IMG/VR virus record: IMGVR_UViG_3300047160_003205
Span: 1-64,000 of that record
From: a virus
Lineage: Duplodnaviria; Caudoviricetes
Reading direction: 5' to 3' (one strand)
DNA length: 64,000 bases
Shown: piece after piece, positions 39,840 through 47,579 of the stretch
Numbering within the stretch: the first letter of the stretch is position 1
How the letters are laid out: each line of letters begins with the position of its first letter
Position numbers and translations under genes: made by a program
Notes under the pieces: model-generated
What the model was told of the DNA's origin: nothing
Database searches by the model: none
The model's input: only the letters and a program-made list of their open reading frames with translations

Positions 39840-40013
39840 ATGCCTTCGAAATGGGAAAAAGTTGATGAGTCTGAATGCGAACAAACTGATCGATTGAAGG
39901 TAGAAGGGGGTTATCTTTACAAAACAGTTGTTTGGAGTTTGAATACCGATAATGCATTGGCAGTTACAATGGTCTTTGTACCCGCTTCCCCTGTGACACA
40001 AATTCAGGGATAA
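39840..40013 (+). CDS. Small phage protein (57 aa, below the track cut-off)
   Basis: Manually translated: MPSKWEKVDE...TDRLKVEGGYLY...AVTMVFVP. Confidence 0.5.
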   Translation: MPSKWEKVDESECEQTDRLKVEGGYLYKTVVWSLNTDNALAVTMVFVPASPVTQIQG

Positions 40014-40021
40014 TAGCTGAC

Positions 40022-40582
40022 ATGTCTGTTGGAAATGACCCTGACCGTAAGACGCACGCGGTTGCGGCTACGGGGAAGCCCCTGCGCGGGTATCGGAGTG
40101 AGAGGCCATGGCCTGATAATGTGTTTGAGCTAATTTGCCAGGAGTATGAGGGTTCGAGCAAGGGCATTGACAAAATCTGTGAATCCCATCACGACTGGCC
40201 GTCGTATATGACGATTATGCACTGGATGGTAGACGATCCAGAGCTTCAAGCGCGGATGGAGATTGCTCGCCAAATTCACGCTGACTTCCTGGTCGAAGAG
40301 GCAATGATAATTGCCGATGACAAAACCCTCGACATCATTGAGACTGAGAAGGGCTTCGTTATCAACAATGCGGCGGTGAACCGCGCCAAGCTTCAGGTTG
40401 AAACTCGCAGGTGGACAGCTGGAAAGCTTCATGCTGCGCGATTTGGCGAGAAGATGGATGTTCGGGGGGCAGGCGTTCAGCTTACCCAAGTCTTTGCTAT
40501 GCCTAGCAATGGACGGGATGATGATGGGAAAGTGATTGAGGGCGATAAGCCCAAATTGCTTCCATTCTCGAAGGATGACTAG
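40022..40582 (+). CDS. terS: Terminase small subunit
   Basis: HTH ICESHHDWPSYMTIMHW, ARQIHADFLVEE, AVNRAKLQVETRRWTAGKL...FGEK. Confidence 0.85.
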   Translation: MSVGNDPDRKTHAVAATGKPLRGYRSERPWPDNVFELICQEYEGSSKGIDKICESHHDWPSYMTIMHWMVDDPELQARMEIARQIHADFLVEEAMIIADDKTLDIIETEKGFVINNAAVNRAKLQVETRRWTAGKLHAARFGEKMDVRGAGVQLTQVFAMPSNGRDDDGKVIEGDKPKLLPFSKDD

Positions 40583-40791
40583 ATGCGGTTGGGCCGTCGA
40601 TAGGTCCCAACGCCGCCTACCAAAGCTGTTCTTATGCCACCTTGGACTGGGTTATGCCATTGGTGGTACATTGGGACCCAGCCTTTGCCGTTGTAGGCGC
40701 AACGCTTACAGGTCCATTTCCCTTCGACCTTGTGGGTAGCCACTGACCCGCAACTAGGGCATGGATAAGGATGCCTCCTGGGGAGCGTCAT
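40579..40791 (-). CDS. Small Zn-ribbon protein
   Basis: CPSC...CKRC. Confidence 0.4.
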   Translation of the reverse strand: MTLPRRHPYPCPSCGSVATHKVEGKWTCKRCAYNGKGWVPMYHQWHNPVQGGIRTALVGGVGTYRRPNRI

Positions 40792-40946
40792 TGCCCTTCC
40801 TCTTTCTCACGCTTCCGCTCGCGGTCAACGCGGTCGAGGATGCCTCCGCGTTCGCGAATCACTTGTCTCGCTTCCTCGGCGGCGCGGGGAGTGCCCCCGC
40901 GCCTCTCAAATTCACGGAACCATTGCTCTTTGTAGCTTGACATGTC

Positions 40947-41228
40947 CTACCTATCGAACGGAGGGCAGTCGCGGCCCTCGTTGAACCAGATGCCAATGGC
41001 GGGGTCGATCTGCGATACGCGCGCCAGGGTAGCGAAGGCATCCCACCAGGAGGTGAAAGGTCCTGCCAGTTCAGGTTGCCCCCATTCCTCCCAAGGGGGG
41101 ACCGCCGGGTGATCGTAGTAGTTCATCGCCTCGATGACGATGCCCGACTCGTAGTCGGTTTCGTTCACTTGGCAGTAGATGGTCAAATTTGCCCCCTTTA
41201 GACCATGTCCGGACGAACGAGCGTCCAA
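40947..41228 (-). CDS. Hypothetical protein
   Basis: Early-gene run; Trp-rich. Confidence 0.5.
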   Translation of the reverse strand: MDARSSGHGLKGANLTIYCQVNETDYESGIVIEAMNYYDHPAVPPWEEWGQPELAGPFTSWWDAFATLARVSQIDPAIGIWFNEGRDCPPFDR

Positions 41229-41407
41229 AAGCCGTCGTAGTCGCAGACGCAGAACTGCTTCCCTTCAGGGCCACAAATTCTAACGTCACCGTGGATTGCC
41301 TCGATATGGATCCACCAGTTGTAGTAGGGTCCATCCTTGTTAGTAACCAGCTTGATCGCCTCTGTTACGGCCGCGTTCGTAAACTCCAAATTCTCCGCTA
41401 TCGACAT
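41198..41407 (-). CDS. Hypothetical protein
   Basis: GGGGAGAA RBS; promoter at 41431. Confidence 0.55.
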   Translation of the reverse strand: MSIAENLEFTNAAVTEAIKLVTNKDGPYYNWWIHIEAIHGDVRICGPEGKQFCVCDYDGFWTLVRPDMV

Positions 41408-41453
41408 TGTGTTCTCCCCGACGACGCTCTAGTATAGCTTAAAGGCAGCTGAA

Positions 41454-41669
41454 TTAGCTATGCCTTTTATTAGCCCAAATTTGGCGAGCCTCTGCCGTCC
41501 AGCCCGAAGCCCATGCCGAGTGGGAAAGTGTGCCGGCTGTATACGGGTTCAGATTCAATCCGAAATCATGCCGACGGGCATCTCTCCCAGCTTCTCGCGC
41601 CAATCTAATGTGTTCCGGCTCCCAACCCACGGGCCAGGAGGACGGATCGCCAAGATCGATCACGGGCAT
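41454..41669 (-). CDS. Small protein with an RMF-like NPY...W..GW motif
   Basis: REAGRDARR...NPYTAGTLSHSAWASGW. Confidence 0.55.
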   Translation of the reverse strand: MPVIDLGDPSSWPVGWEPEHIRLAREAGRDARRHDFGLNLNPYTAGTLSHSAWASGWTAEARQIWANKRHS

Positions 41670-41869
41670 TATGCCCCCTTCTCAAATGTATGCCAGTCGA
41701 GGCCAGCTGCCTTAAGGCGCTTGCTCTCCTGGTAGCGTTCGTTGCGGGTCTTAAACCATTTGACCCTTAGTTGATTTGTCTCTGGATCGCGGTCCCCCTT
41801 AACAGCGATACCCCAGAGGGTATTGCCCTCGCCTACGATGTCTTTTGCTACGCCGAACCAGTCGGTCAT
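41669..41869 (-). CDS. Hypothetical protein
   Basis: GGGAGG RBS; coupled to the next gene. Confidence 0.55.
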   Translation of the reverse strand: MTDWFGVAKDIVGEGNTLWGIAVKGDRDPETNQLRVKWFKTRNERYQESKRLKAAGLDWHTFEKGA

Positions 41870-41880
41870 ATTGCCCTCCC

Positions 41881-42276
41881 TTATTTGCGACGAACGCCGA
41901 GGCCCGGAGGCACGCGGCAGTCGGCGTCGAGAATGTTCCCGAAGAGGCGAGCAAAGCGAACAATAATCTCCGCTTTGACGTCCTCGGAGTAGTTTGCGGC
42001 GTCGAGGATAATGTTCTGTAGAAGATCGAGTCCACAGGTGCCATTGTCGTCGCGGTCGCGCGGGAGGGCATTAAGCGAGAGTCCTGCCTCGAAAGCTCTG
42101 ATAAGCTCGCGCCCGTCTGTATCGGCGGGCGGGTCCGCTGCGAAAGCGATGTTGTCTACGGGCAGGGCTAGGGTCGCGAGGGTAGCGGTGTCTATCTCGT
42201 CGCCGTAGACAGAACCTAGCCTCTGGCGAAGCTCGGGGCTGAGACGTACTTTTTTGTAAGGGTCGAAAGGCTTCAT
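41881..42276 (-). CDS. Hypothetical early protein
   Basis: AGCGGAGAA RBS. Confidence 0.65.
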   Translation of the reverse strand: MKPFDPYKKVRLSPELRQRLGSVYGDEIDTATLATLALPVDNIAFAADPPADTDGRELIRAFEAGLSLNALPRDRDDNGTCGLDLLQNIILDAANYSEDVKAEIIVRFARLFGNILDADCRVPPGLGVRRK

Positions 42277-42330
42277 TCTGTTCTCCGCTAGGGAAAAGGA
42301 AAGGCAGCCGAAGCTGCCCTAGTTGTTTGA

Positions 42331-42615
42331 TTAGAGCCCCTCGAACTCAGCGAGAAGCTCTCTGTCAGCTTTGCTTAGAGATAGGCCGCATTCGCGGCGG
42401 TCGTAGGCATTACCGAGGCGGCGCTCTTTGCTCGCCGTCCAGCCTGCTGGGCGCTCTTCGATTGTAAGGCGACGGCCCCAGTTGTCTACGTAGGTCCGGT
42501 CCCCGTTTACAGGGGGACGCCCTAGCTGTTTTTCTAGGCCCTTAAGGGCAGAAGCCTCGTCCGGGTACACATGGGAATGAACCCCGTCTTCGGCCGATAT
42601 AAGCAGTACCCACAT
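42331..42615 (-). CDS. Hypothetical early protein
   Basis: AGCGGAGAA RBS. Confidence 0.65.
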   Translation of the reverse strand: MWVLLISAEDGVHSHVYPDEASALKGLEKQLGRPPVNGDRTYVDNWGRRLTIEERPAGWTASKERRLGNAYDRRECGLSLSKADRELLAEFEGL

Positions 42616-42643
42616 TTGTTTTCTCCGCTTTGTTATGTTCGGT

Positions 42644-42955
42644 TTACTCGGAAATAACGCGCCAGCGCCGCCGCCGCTCTTCAGGGGTTAGGACTGGGCG
42701 GTCGTTCGCTTTGAACTCGTCCGCGATCCCGAGCTTCGCAGTAATGTCCGCGAAGCGAGCGAGCGCATCCTGGTGTTCGGGCGAAGCCTTAGCTCGCATT
42801 TGGTCGATAACATCCTCGTCCTCGTCTGGGTCGAGCCCCTCGATTCTGTCGAAGAAGTCTTCGAAGTTCTCGGCAGTCCAGCCTTCGAACCGACTGTCTG
42901 CCTCGTAGGCGTCGAGCAGATCGGCTAGTTCGGGAAGCATTTGTTCGGGTCGCAT
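42644..42955 (-). CDS. Hypothetical acidic early protein
   Basis: AGCGGAGAA RBS and promoter at 42983. Confidence 0.65.
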   Translation of the reverse strand: MRPEQMLPELADLLDAYEADSRFEGWTAENFEDFFDRIEGLDPDEDEDVIDQMRAKASPEHQDALARFADITAKLGIADEFKANDRPVLTPEERRRRWRVISE

Positions 42956-43034
42956 TCTGTTTTCTCCGCTAGAGACGCCCCTAGTATAGCTTCGAGACAG
43001 CTGTAGCGTCTATGTCTTTCTTTATCCCAGATAC

Positions 43035-43295
43035 ATACACAAATTTGGGCGCTTATACAGATACCCATCCAAATTTGGGGCCTGATACAAACACAAATTC
43101 TCGTATGTATACGGATGGTATAGTACACACAAATTTGGGCTGTGTACGGATTACCACACAAATTTGGATTAATGTAAAGCTTTATTAGATGTTAGCTTTA
43201 TTCATATACGTCCACAAATTTGGTGAGCTAACGTTGTCTATGCCGGAATTCAGGCACAATGGTGACGCTTAGGCCACAAATTCCACACAAATTAC
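43035..43295. repeat. AT-rich array of (CA)CAAATT(TGG) direct repeats
   Basis: About eight copies, e.g. cacaaatttgggc, ccaaatttgggg, cacaaattctc, cacaaatttggat, cacaaatttggt. Confidence 0.75.
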
Positions 43296-43916
43296 AACAA
43301 CTTAGCTGACCTGGCTAGGCAATAGTGTCCCGTGGCTAGGTTTGTTCTTTCGTCCGTATAAGGACTACGGCTCAGCTGTCCCTGGACACTCGCAGATGGG
43401 CCCAGACAATCCATCTGCTGACATACAATCCATCTGTTAAAGGACAATCCATCTGTGTGCCCCGCAGAGCCAGAGGACAGCGGCAGAGGACAGCGAACAG
43501 CTGTCTCTGAGCTCTGTCCGCCCCACCAGCGCCCACCAGGCAGGGCACAGCCGACAGCGCCCATCGGACATGCAGGCAGAGGCCATGCAGACACTAGTAC
43601 AGTGCAATGCAAGATACCCAGACCCGATCCAGCGCTCAGCCGCGACGATCGGTCGCGGTTCACAGGGGCGCGGCGGATCGTCGCGGAACGAAAGGGGAAC
43701 GAGTATAGACGCCGAGTATTCGTCGCGAATACTTAGGCGAATACTTCGAAGGGGGGCGCGGCGAAACGTCGCGGGCCTAGCTCCGCTATAGGGCTTCTCC
43801 CCTTCGCCTAGCTCGGCTATATCGGGGGTCCGGTCCGGTCGGATCGGGGCTCGGGCCGCTCGGCCCGGGCGGAACGGCTCCCGAAGGGGAGCCCTAGCTA
43901 GGTAGGAGAGACCCCT

Positions 43917-44633
43917 ATTTCCGTCTATTCGAACGTCCCCCGCTATCCCTTCTCCGGTTTCCGGGGAACCCTCTTCGCCGCCGTTCTCGCGAGCCCGGGC
44001 CGCTTCGTCCCGGTCCCGGAAGCGGTCGGGCGCGGCTTTAACGCGACGACGGCCGCGAAGAAAATTAACCTCCGCTTCGCCCGCGACGCGGCTCCCTTCG
44101 AAATCCGGACGCTCGGCCCGGCGAAGGCTCCGACCGAGGTCGGGCTCTTCGTCGTCGGGGCTATCGGCGAAGGCCGCGTCTCCCGCGATAGCCGCTCGGG
44201 CGAGCGGCGAACCGCCGCTAACGACGGCGCCGAAAACTTCGGGAAGGAACGGATCGTCCCGACGCTCGTCCGCTTCGCCGAGAAGCGCGAGGCCGTTTTC
44301 GCCGCTCGCGGCGAACGGATCGAAGCGGCTAAGGCCGTTCTCGCCGAAGAGGAGGCCGAGGCCGCTCCGGAGGCCGCGCCGCTCGCGCCCGAGGCCGCGC
44401 CCGAGGCCGCGCCCGCGCCCGAGGCCGAGGCCGAGGCCGCGCCCGAGGCCGCGCCCGAGGCCGCGCCCGACGCGCCCGACGCGCCCGAGGCCCCGACCGA
44501 GGCCGAGGCCGCGCCCGAGGCTCCCGCGCCCGAGGCCGCTCCGGAGGCCGAACCGACCGAGGCCGAGGCCGCGCCCGACGCGCCCGAGGCCCCGACCGAG
44601 GCCGAGGCCGCGCGCCCGCGTCGCCGCCGCTAA
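43917..44633 (+). CDS. ATT-start protein (238 aa) with an acidic Ala-Pro-Glu repeat tail; absent from the ORF track
   Basis: TAGGAGAGAC-CCCT-ATT start, open to TAA at 44631; GC3-rich codon usage; upstream GCTATATC -10-like box near 43817. Confidence 0.8.
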   Translation: MSVYSNVPRYPFSGFRGTLFAAVLASPGRFVPVPEAVGRGFNATTAAKKINLRFARDAAPFEIRTLGPAKAPTEVGLFVVGAIGEGRVSRDSRSGERRTAANDGAENFGKERIVPTLVRFAEKREAVFAARGERIEAAKAVLAEEEAEAAPEAAPLAPEAAPEAAPAPEAEAEAAPEAAPEAAPDAPDAPEAPTEAEAAPEAPAPEAAPEAEPTEAEAAPDAPEAPTEAEAARPRRRR

Positions 44634-44638
44634 CCCTT

Positions 44639-44664
44639 TCGGGGGAGGCTCCGGCCTCCCCCGA
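44639..44664. terminator. GC-rich hairpin between the two ATT genes
   Basis: TCGGGGGAGGC-TCCG-GCCTCCCCCGA; no U tract. Confidence 0.5.
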
Positions 44665-44696
44665 CCCCTTCCCTCGCTCCGATAGGAGAGACGACG

Positions 44697-44888
44697 ATTA
44701 AGACGCTCCCGACCCCGACCCCGGAAGCCGCCGCCTTCCGCCTTCTCGCCCGCCGCGCCGCCTTCGAAGCGGCCCGGCTCCGCGCCGCCGAAACCGGGCG
44801 CGCTACCGTCGCGGCGATTTACGCGCCGCGCGGGTTTCGCTCCCTCGGCGAAGGCGGGTTCCGCGCCTCGCCGGATTACTTCGACTAG
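44697..44888 (+). CDS. ATT-start protein (63 aa); absent from the ORF track
   Basis: TAGGAGAGAC-GACG-ATT start, open to TAG at 44886; (M)KTLPTPTPEAAAFRLLARR...SPDYFD. Confidence 0.75.
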   Translation: MKTLPTPTPEAAAFRLLARRAAFEAARLRAAETGRATVAAIYAPRGFRSLGEGGFRASPDYFD

Positions 44889-44892
44889 CCGC

Positions 44893-44966
44893 GCGCTATA
44901 CTTCGCGGGCCGGGCGAATACTTCGCTACGGCCCGCGAATACTTCGCCGACCGCCGCGAATACTTC
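44893..44966 (+). repeat. GCGAATACTTC direct repeats at 21-bp spacing
   Basis: Copies at 44914, 44935 and 44956, a variant near 44893; also at 43725 and 43737, with an inverted copy at 43714. Confidence 0.8.
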
Positions 44967-45100
44967 ACACACACACCCGGGGGCACGCTTCGCTCCACCA
45001 CACTGCTTTCCAATGTCGTGAACCTTTGCTGTACACACGGCGCCATAGAGCCACACAGTCCCGGAGGATGTAACCCACATTGATGCGGAATTGTACAACT

Positions 45101-45447
45101 TAACCATACCACACCCAACCTCACCCGACCAAGGAGGACCGAACCCGACCAAACCCGACCAAACCCCACCTGACCACGTTGTGCCACACCAATCCAAACC
45201 TTGCCTCACCGTCCCTTACCAGCAGCAGACCAGACCGTACCTTGCCACAGCAGGGATTCACCGCACCTTACCACACCGAACCTCACAATAGCATACCTGA
45301 CCGTACCCGAACAGACCAGACCCCGCCACACCTAATCTTATCATACCACACCTCGCCCAATCAGACCGTGCCGTACCATACCCGATTTTACCAAACCTGA
45401 CCAGACCACGCCGCATCGGACCAAGCCCGACCACAGGATACCCTGCC
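45101..45447 (-). ncRNA. GGY-NN pentamer array (VIPR-type guide RNA candidate)
   Basis: 69 pentamer slots, 53 with exact GGY plus a variable dinucleotide, two 1-nt register slips; begins at the stop codon of the RAMP-like gene. Confidence 0.75.
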
Positions 45448-46113
45448 TTAAGGTTGCGATAGCTCCCACTTAACCACTACGAAGCGTCCGAAGGTTGGCC
45501 GCATGTCCCCAAGCCCGACCAAGCGCCCCGCGTCGTCAATCACGCGCCGAAGAAACACTGGATCGATGTAATCTGACAGTTGCACCATGAACTGGAAGTC
45601 TGCTCGCCAGCCAGCCTTGATAGCTGGCCGTGTTCGGGTAACGGCACCCCGTTGCACCATTGCCCGTCGCCGGTCCTCGTAGTCCCACTTCGTGATTCCC
45701 AGCGAGGAGAGGTCATTCAAGCTGATTATGCCAGCACGGAACAGGTCCATTGCCGACTTTCTGGGCGACCTGGGGTCCTGTTGGAACTTGCTGGCATTGA
45801 TTATGGAACCTCGCAGGTACTCCCCAGGAATAGAGATTTCCATATCAGCATTGCGATAGACATAGGACTCCAAATTGTCAACCTTCTTGGCCTTCGACCC
45901 TTTTGGGGCCTTGGCCTTTGCCTCGACCTCATCCGTATTGTAGCGGTGAAACAACATTGGAGATGACCCCTCTAAGGTCATATCAACAATGTAGGGGACG
46001 CTCGCCTGAATAACGGGTTCGCCCCCATTGGAGGCTTGCTCCTCGGCTAGGTTAAGCAATTTGTCTCGGTTCAACATCGCCCCCTTCATTGGTTGTTGGT
46101 CCTTCCTCCCCAA
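45448..46113 (-). CDS. RAMP/Cas7-like protein (Vipr candidate)
   Basis: LEGSSPMLFH, IPGEYLRGSI, RTRP...W...F and a C-terminal Gly-rich loop DAGRLVGLGDMRPTFGRF. Confidence 0.7.
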   Translation of the reverse strand: MGRKDQQPMKGAMLNRDKLLNLAEEQASNGGEPVIQASVPYIVDMTLEGSSPMLFHRYNTDEVEAKAKAPKGSKAKKVDNLESYVYRNADMEISIPGEYLRGSIINASKFQQDPRSPRKSAMDLFRAGIISLNDLSSLGITKWDYEDRRRAMVQRGAVTRTRPAIKAGWRADFQFMVQLSDYIDPVFLRRVIDDAGRLVGLGDMRPTFGRFVVVKWELSQP

Positions 46114-46339
46114 ACATCATATCGAGCAGCCGCTCCTGTTGGGCTTCAGCTTCCACTGGATGGACCTGCTCCATGTGGTTGAGCATGCGAGGCCACCAGT
46201 TCTTTCCACCTTTCCCCTTAAAGGGCGGGATGGCGTAGTCACAGTAGCGGGCCTTGATGAGCCGCCCCTTCGCCTTGTAGTGCGCCTTGACATCCGCCAC
46301 AGTGACCCTGGGGGTCTCTTCGATTGGGGTCTCAGCCAT
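46052..46339 (-). CDS. Hypothetical protein
   Basis: 95-aa ORF upstream of the RAMP-like gene. Confidence 0.5.
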   Translation of the reverse strand: MAETPIEETPRVTVADVKAHYKAKGRLIKARYCDYAIPPFKGKGGKNWWPRMLNHMEQVHPVEAEAQQERLLDMMFGEEGPTTNEGGDVEPRQIA

Positions 46340-46702
46340 TCATCCACCAATTCATCAAGCGTTCAATAGCAATCCCGAGCCCCCACCCAGCCATTGTGAG
46401 CAGTATGAAGCCCCCGCCATAGACGATCACTCGCACAGTCCACTTCCCAGCTAGGTACGGGATCGAGGGCTTCAAGTCTTCATGCTCCCAGGCTTACGGA
46501 AGGCACTTTCAGGAATGCTTTTACTCCGCTGCCGGAGACGCTGAATCGTTTCATTCCAGGCCTTCATGCGGCCATCTAGGCGCGTGCGAGCCTTCCGTAG
46601 CTTCCTCCTGGGATGCAATCCGTTCAGCTTCCCCACCATCTTCCTCCGTTCTTTCTTTATCCTACCCCGTCACAGCGTGCGTAGTCTATGCCCTTTCGAC
46701 CT

Positions 46703-46957
46703 TCACCGTCCGCTACTTAACATATCCAGCATGAAGTCATGGGCCCAGTTCTGCTTATACCCACACACTGGGCAGGCCCACCCCGACCGGGTAGCCACCA
46801 GCTGGCCCAGGTCTTCGCGGTGCTCCAGGGCATAAGCCCGGTGTTCCTCGTCGCCTCGGTTGTCACCACATGTGAATGGATGCATGTACGGGGAGTTCTG
46901 CCACTGGTTGAGGGCCACGCACTGCTCCTCCGTGAAGGGAGCGTATATCTTCACCAT
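46703..46957 (-). CDS. Small Zn-binding phage protein
   Basis: HPFTC...LVATRSGWACPVCGYKQNWAH. Confidence 0.6.
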   Translation of the reverse strand: MVKIYAPFTEEQCVALNQWQNSPYMHPFTCGDNRGDEEHRAYALEHREDLGQLVATRSGWACPVCGYKQNWAHDFMLDMLSSGR

Positions 46958-47035
46958 TTCATTCCTCCTATCAGCAGGATCAGGCCAATGGTAGATGTCG
47001 TGAGACCAAACACCACCAGGAACAGTAGGAGCGCC

Positions 47036-47302
47036 TTAGTGCGCATTATCGTTGGCCACTTCTTCCTTCAGGAGCCAATCGTAGGAGCCGTAGACGACGC
47101 TGTCGTCCTCCTCCATTGCCTGGGTGATGGCTTCATCCTCCACCATCCCCAGCGAGATGCGCTTGAGCTTTATGAATCGCTTCCGCAGGTCGTCTCGCTT
47201 CACGAACTTCAACAGCCTCTCCCGCGTCTCCGCCGGCAGGCGGTTGGCCTTGTCTAGCTTTAACATCAGCCTCGCCTTCTCTAAGTCAAGCTGTTTCATC
47301 AC
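47036..47302 (-). CDS. Hypothetical protein
   Basis: 88-aa helical ORF. Confidence 0.5.
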   Translation of the reverse strand: MMKQLDLEKARLMLKLDKANRLPAETRERLLKFVKRDDLRKRFIKLKRISLGMVEDEAITQAMEEDDSVVYGSYDWLLKEEVANDNAH

Positions 47303-47579
47303 CAGCTAGGTCCAATCGGGCCATAAACGTGCCATGCATACCACCAGTACTTCATTAGGTAGTGCTCCAGCCTGGGGTTGCGCGTCCTGAAACTGTTGAG
47401 CTTCTTCCGCCGGTACTTGCGCATCCGGTGGATGTGTGTCCACGGCCTCTTTCCCTTGGAGGTCCCGCAGTCGCTGTATGGCAGGCTCGAACCCACTGTA
47501 TGTACTGTCTAGTACCCAGGTCCAATGTGGGGTATAGTAGCCAATCTCAACCCGCTCCTCCATAACCCGGTAGACCCAC

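Larger units (their letters stand above)
43665..44966. other. 1,302-bp island with no CA or TG dinucleotide
   Basis: Read line by line: last CA at 43663-43664, next CA at 44966-44967, no TG in between. Confidence 0.92.

Noticed and set aside
43665-44966. Island as a scar of CA-to-TA / TG-to-TA hypermutation (RIP- or deaminase-like)
   Set aside because: That would turn ATG into ATA and create many stops. The starts are ATT, the frames are intact and GC-rich, and synonymous choices track the next codon, which indicates selection.
43665-44966. Avoidance of an mRNA interferase such as MazF (ACA) as the sole cause
   Set aside because: It would explain loss of CA in the mRNA but not the equal loss of UG, nor the avoidance in non-transcribed promoter DNA. 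Not fully excluded.
43437-45209. 590-aa minus-strand ORF in the track
   Set aside because: Shadow ORF: no RBS, Gly/Arg/Leu low-complexity output, and it spans unrelated repeat, island and array DNA. TGA cannot occur in the island and GC is high, so long open frames arise by chance. The plus-strand ATT frames have RBSs and normal codon bias.
45101-45447. CRISPR array, or coding sequence for the small ORFs called over it
   Set aside because: There are no 25-45-bp repeats with spacers; the period is 5 nt, which is incompatible with a codon-driven repeat.
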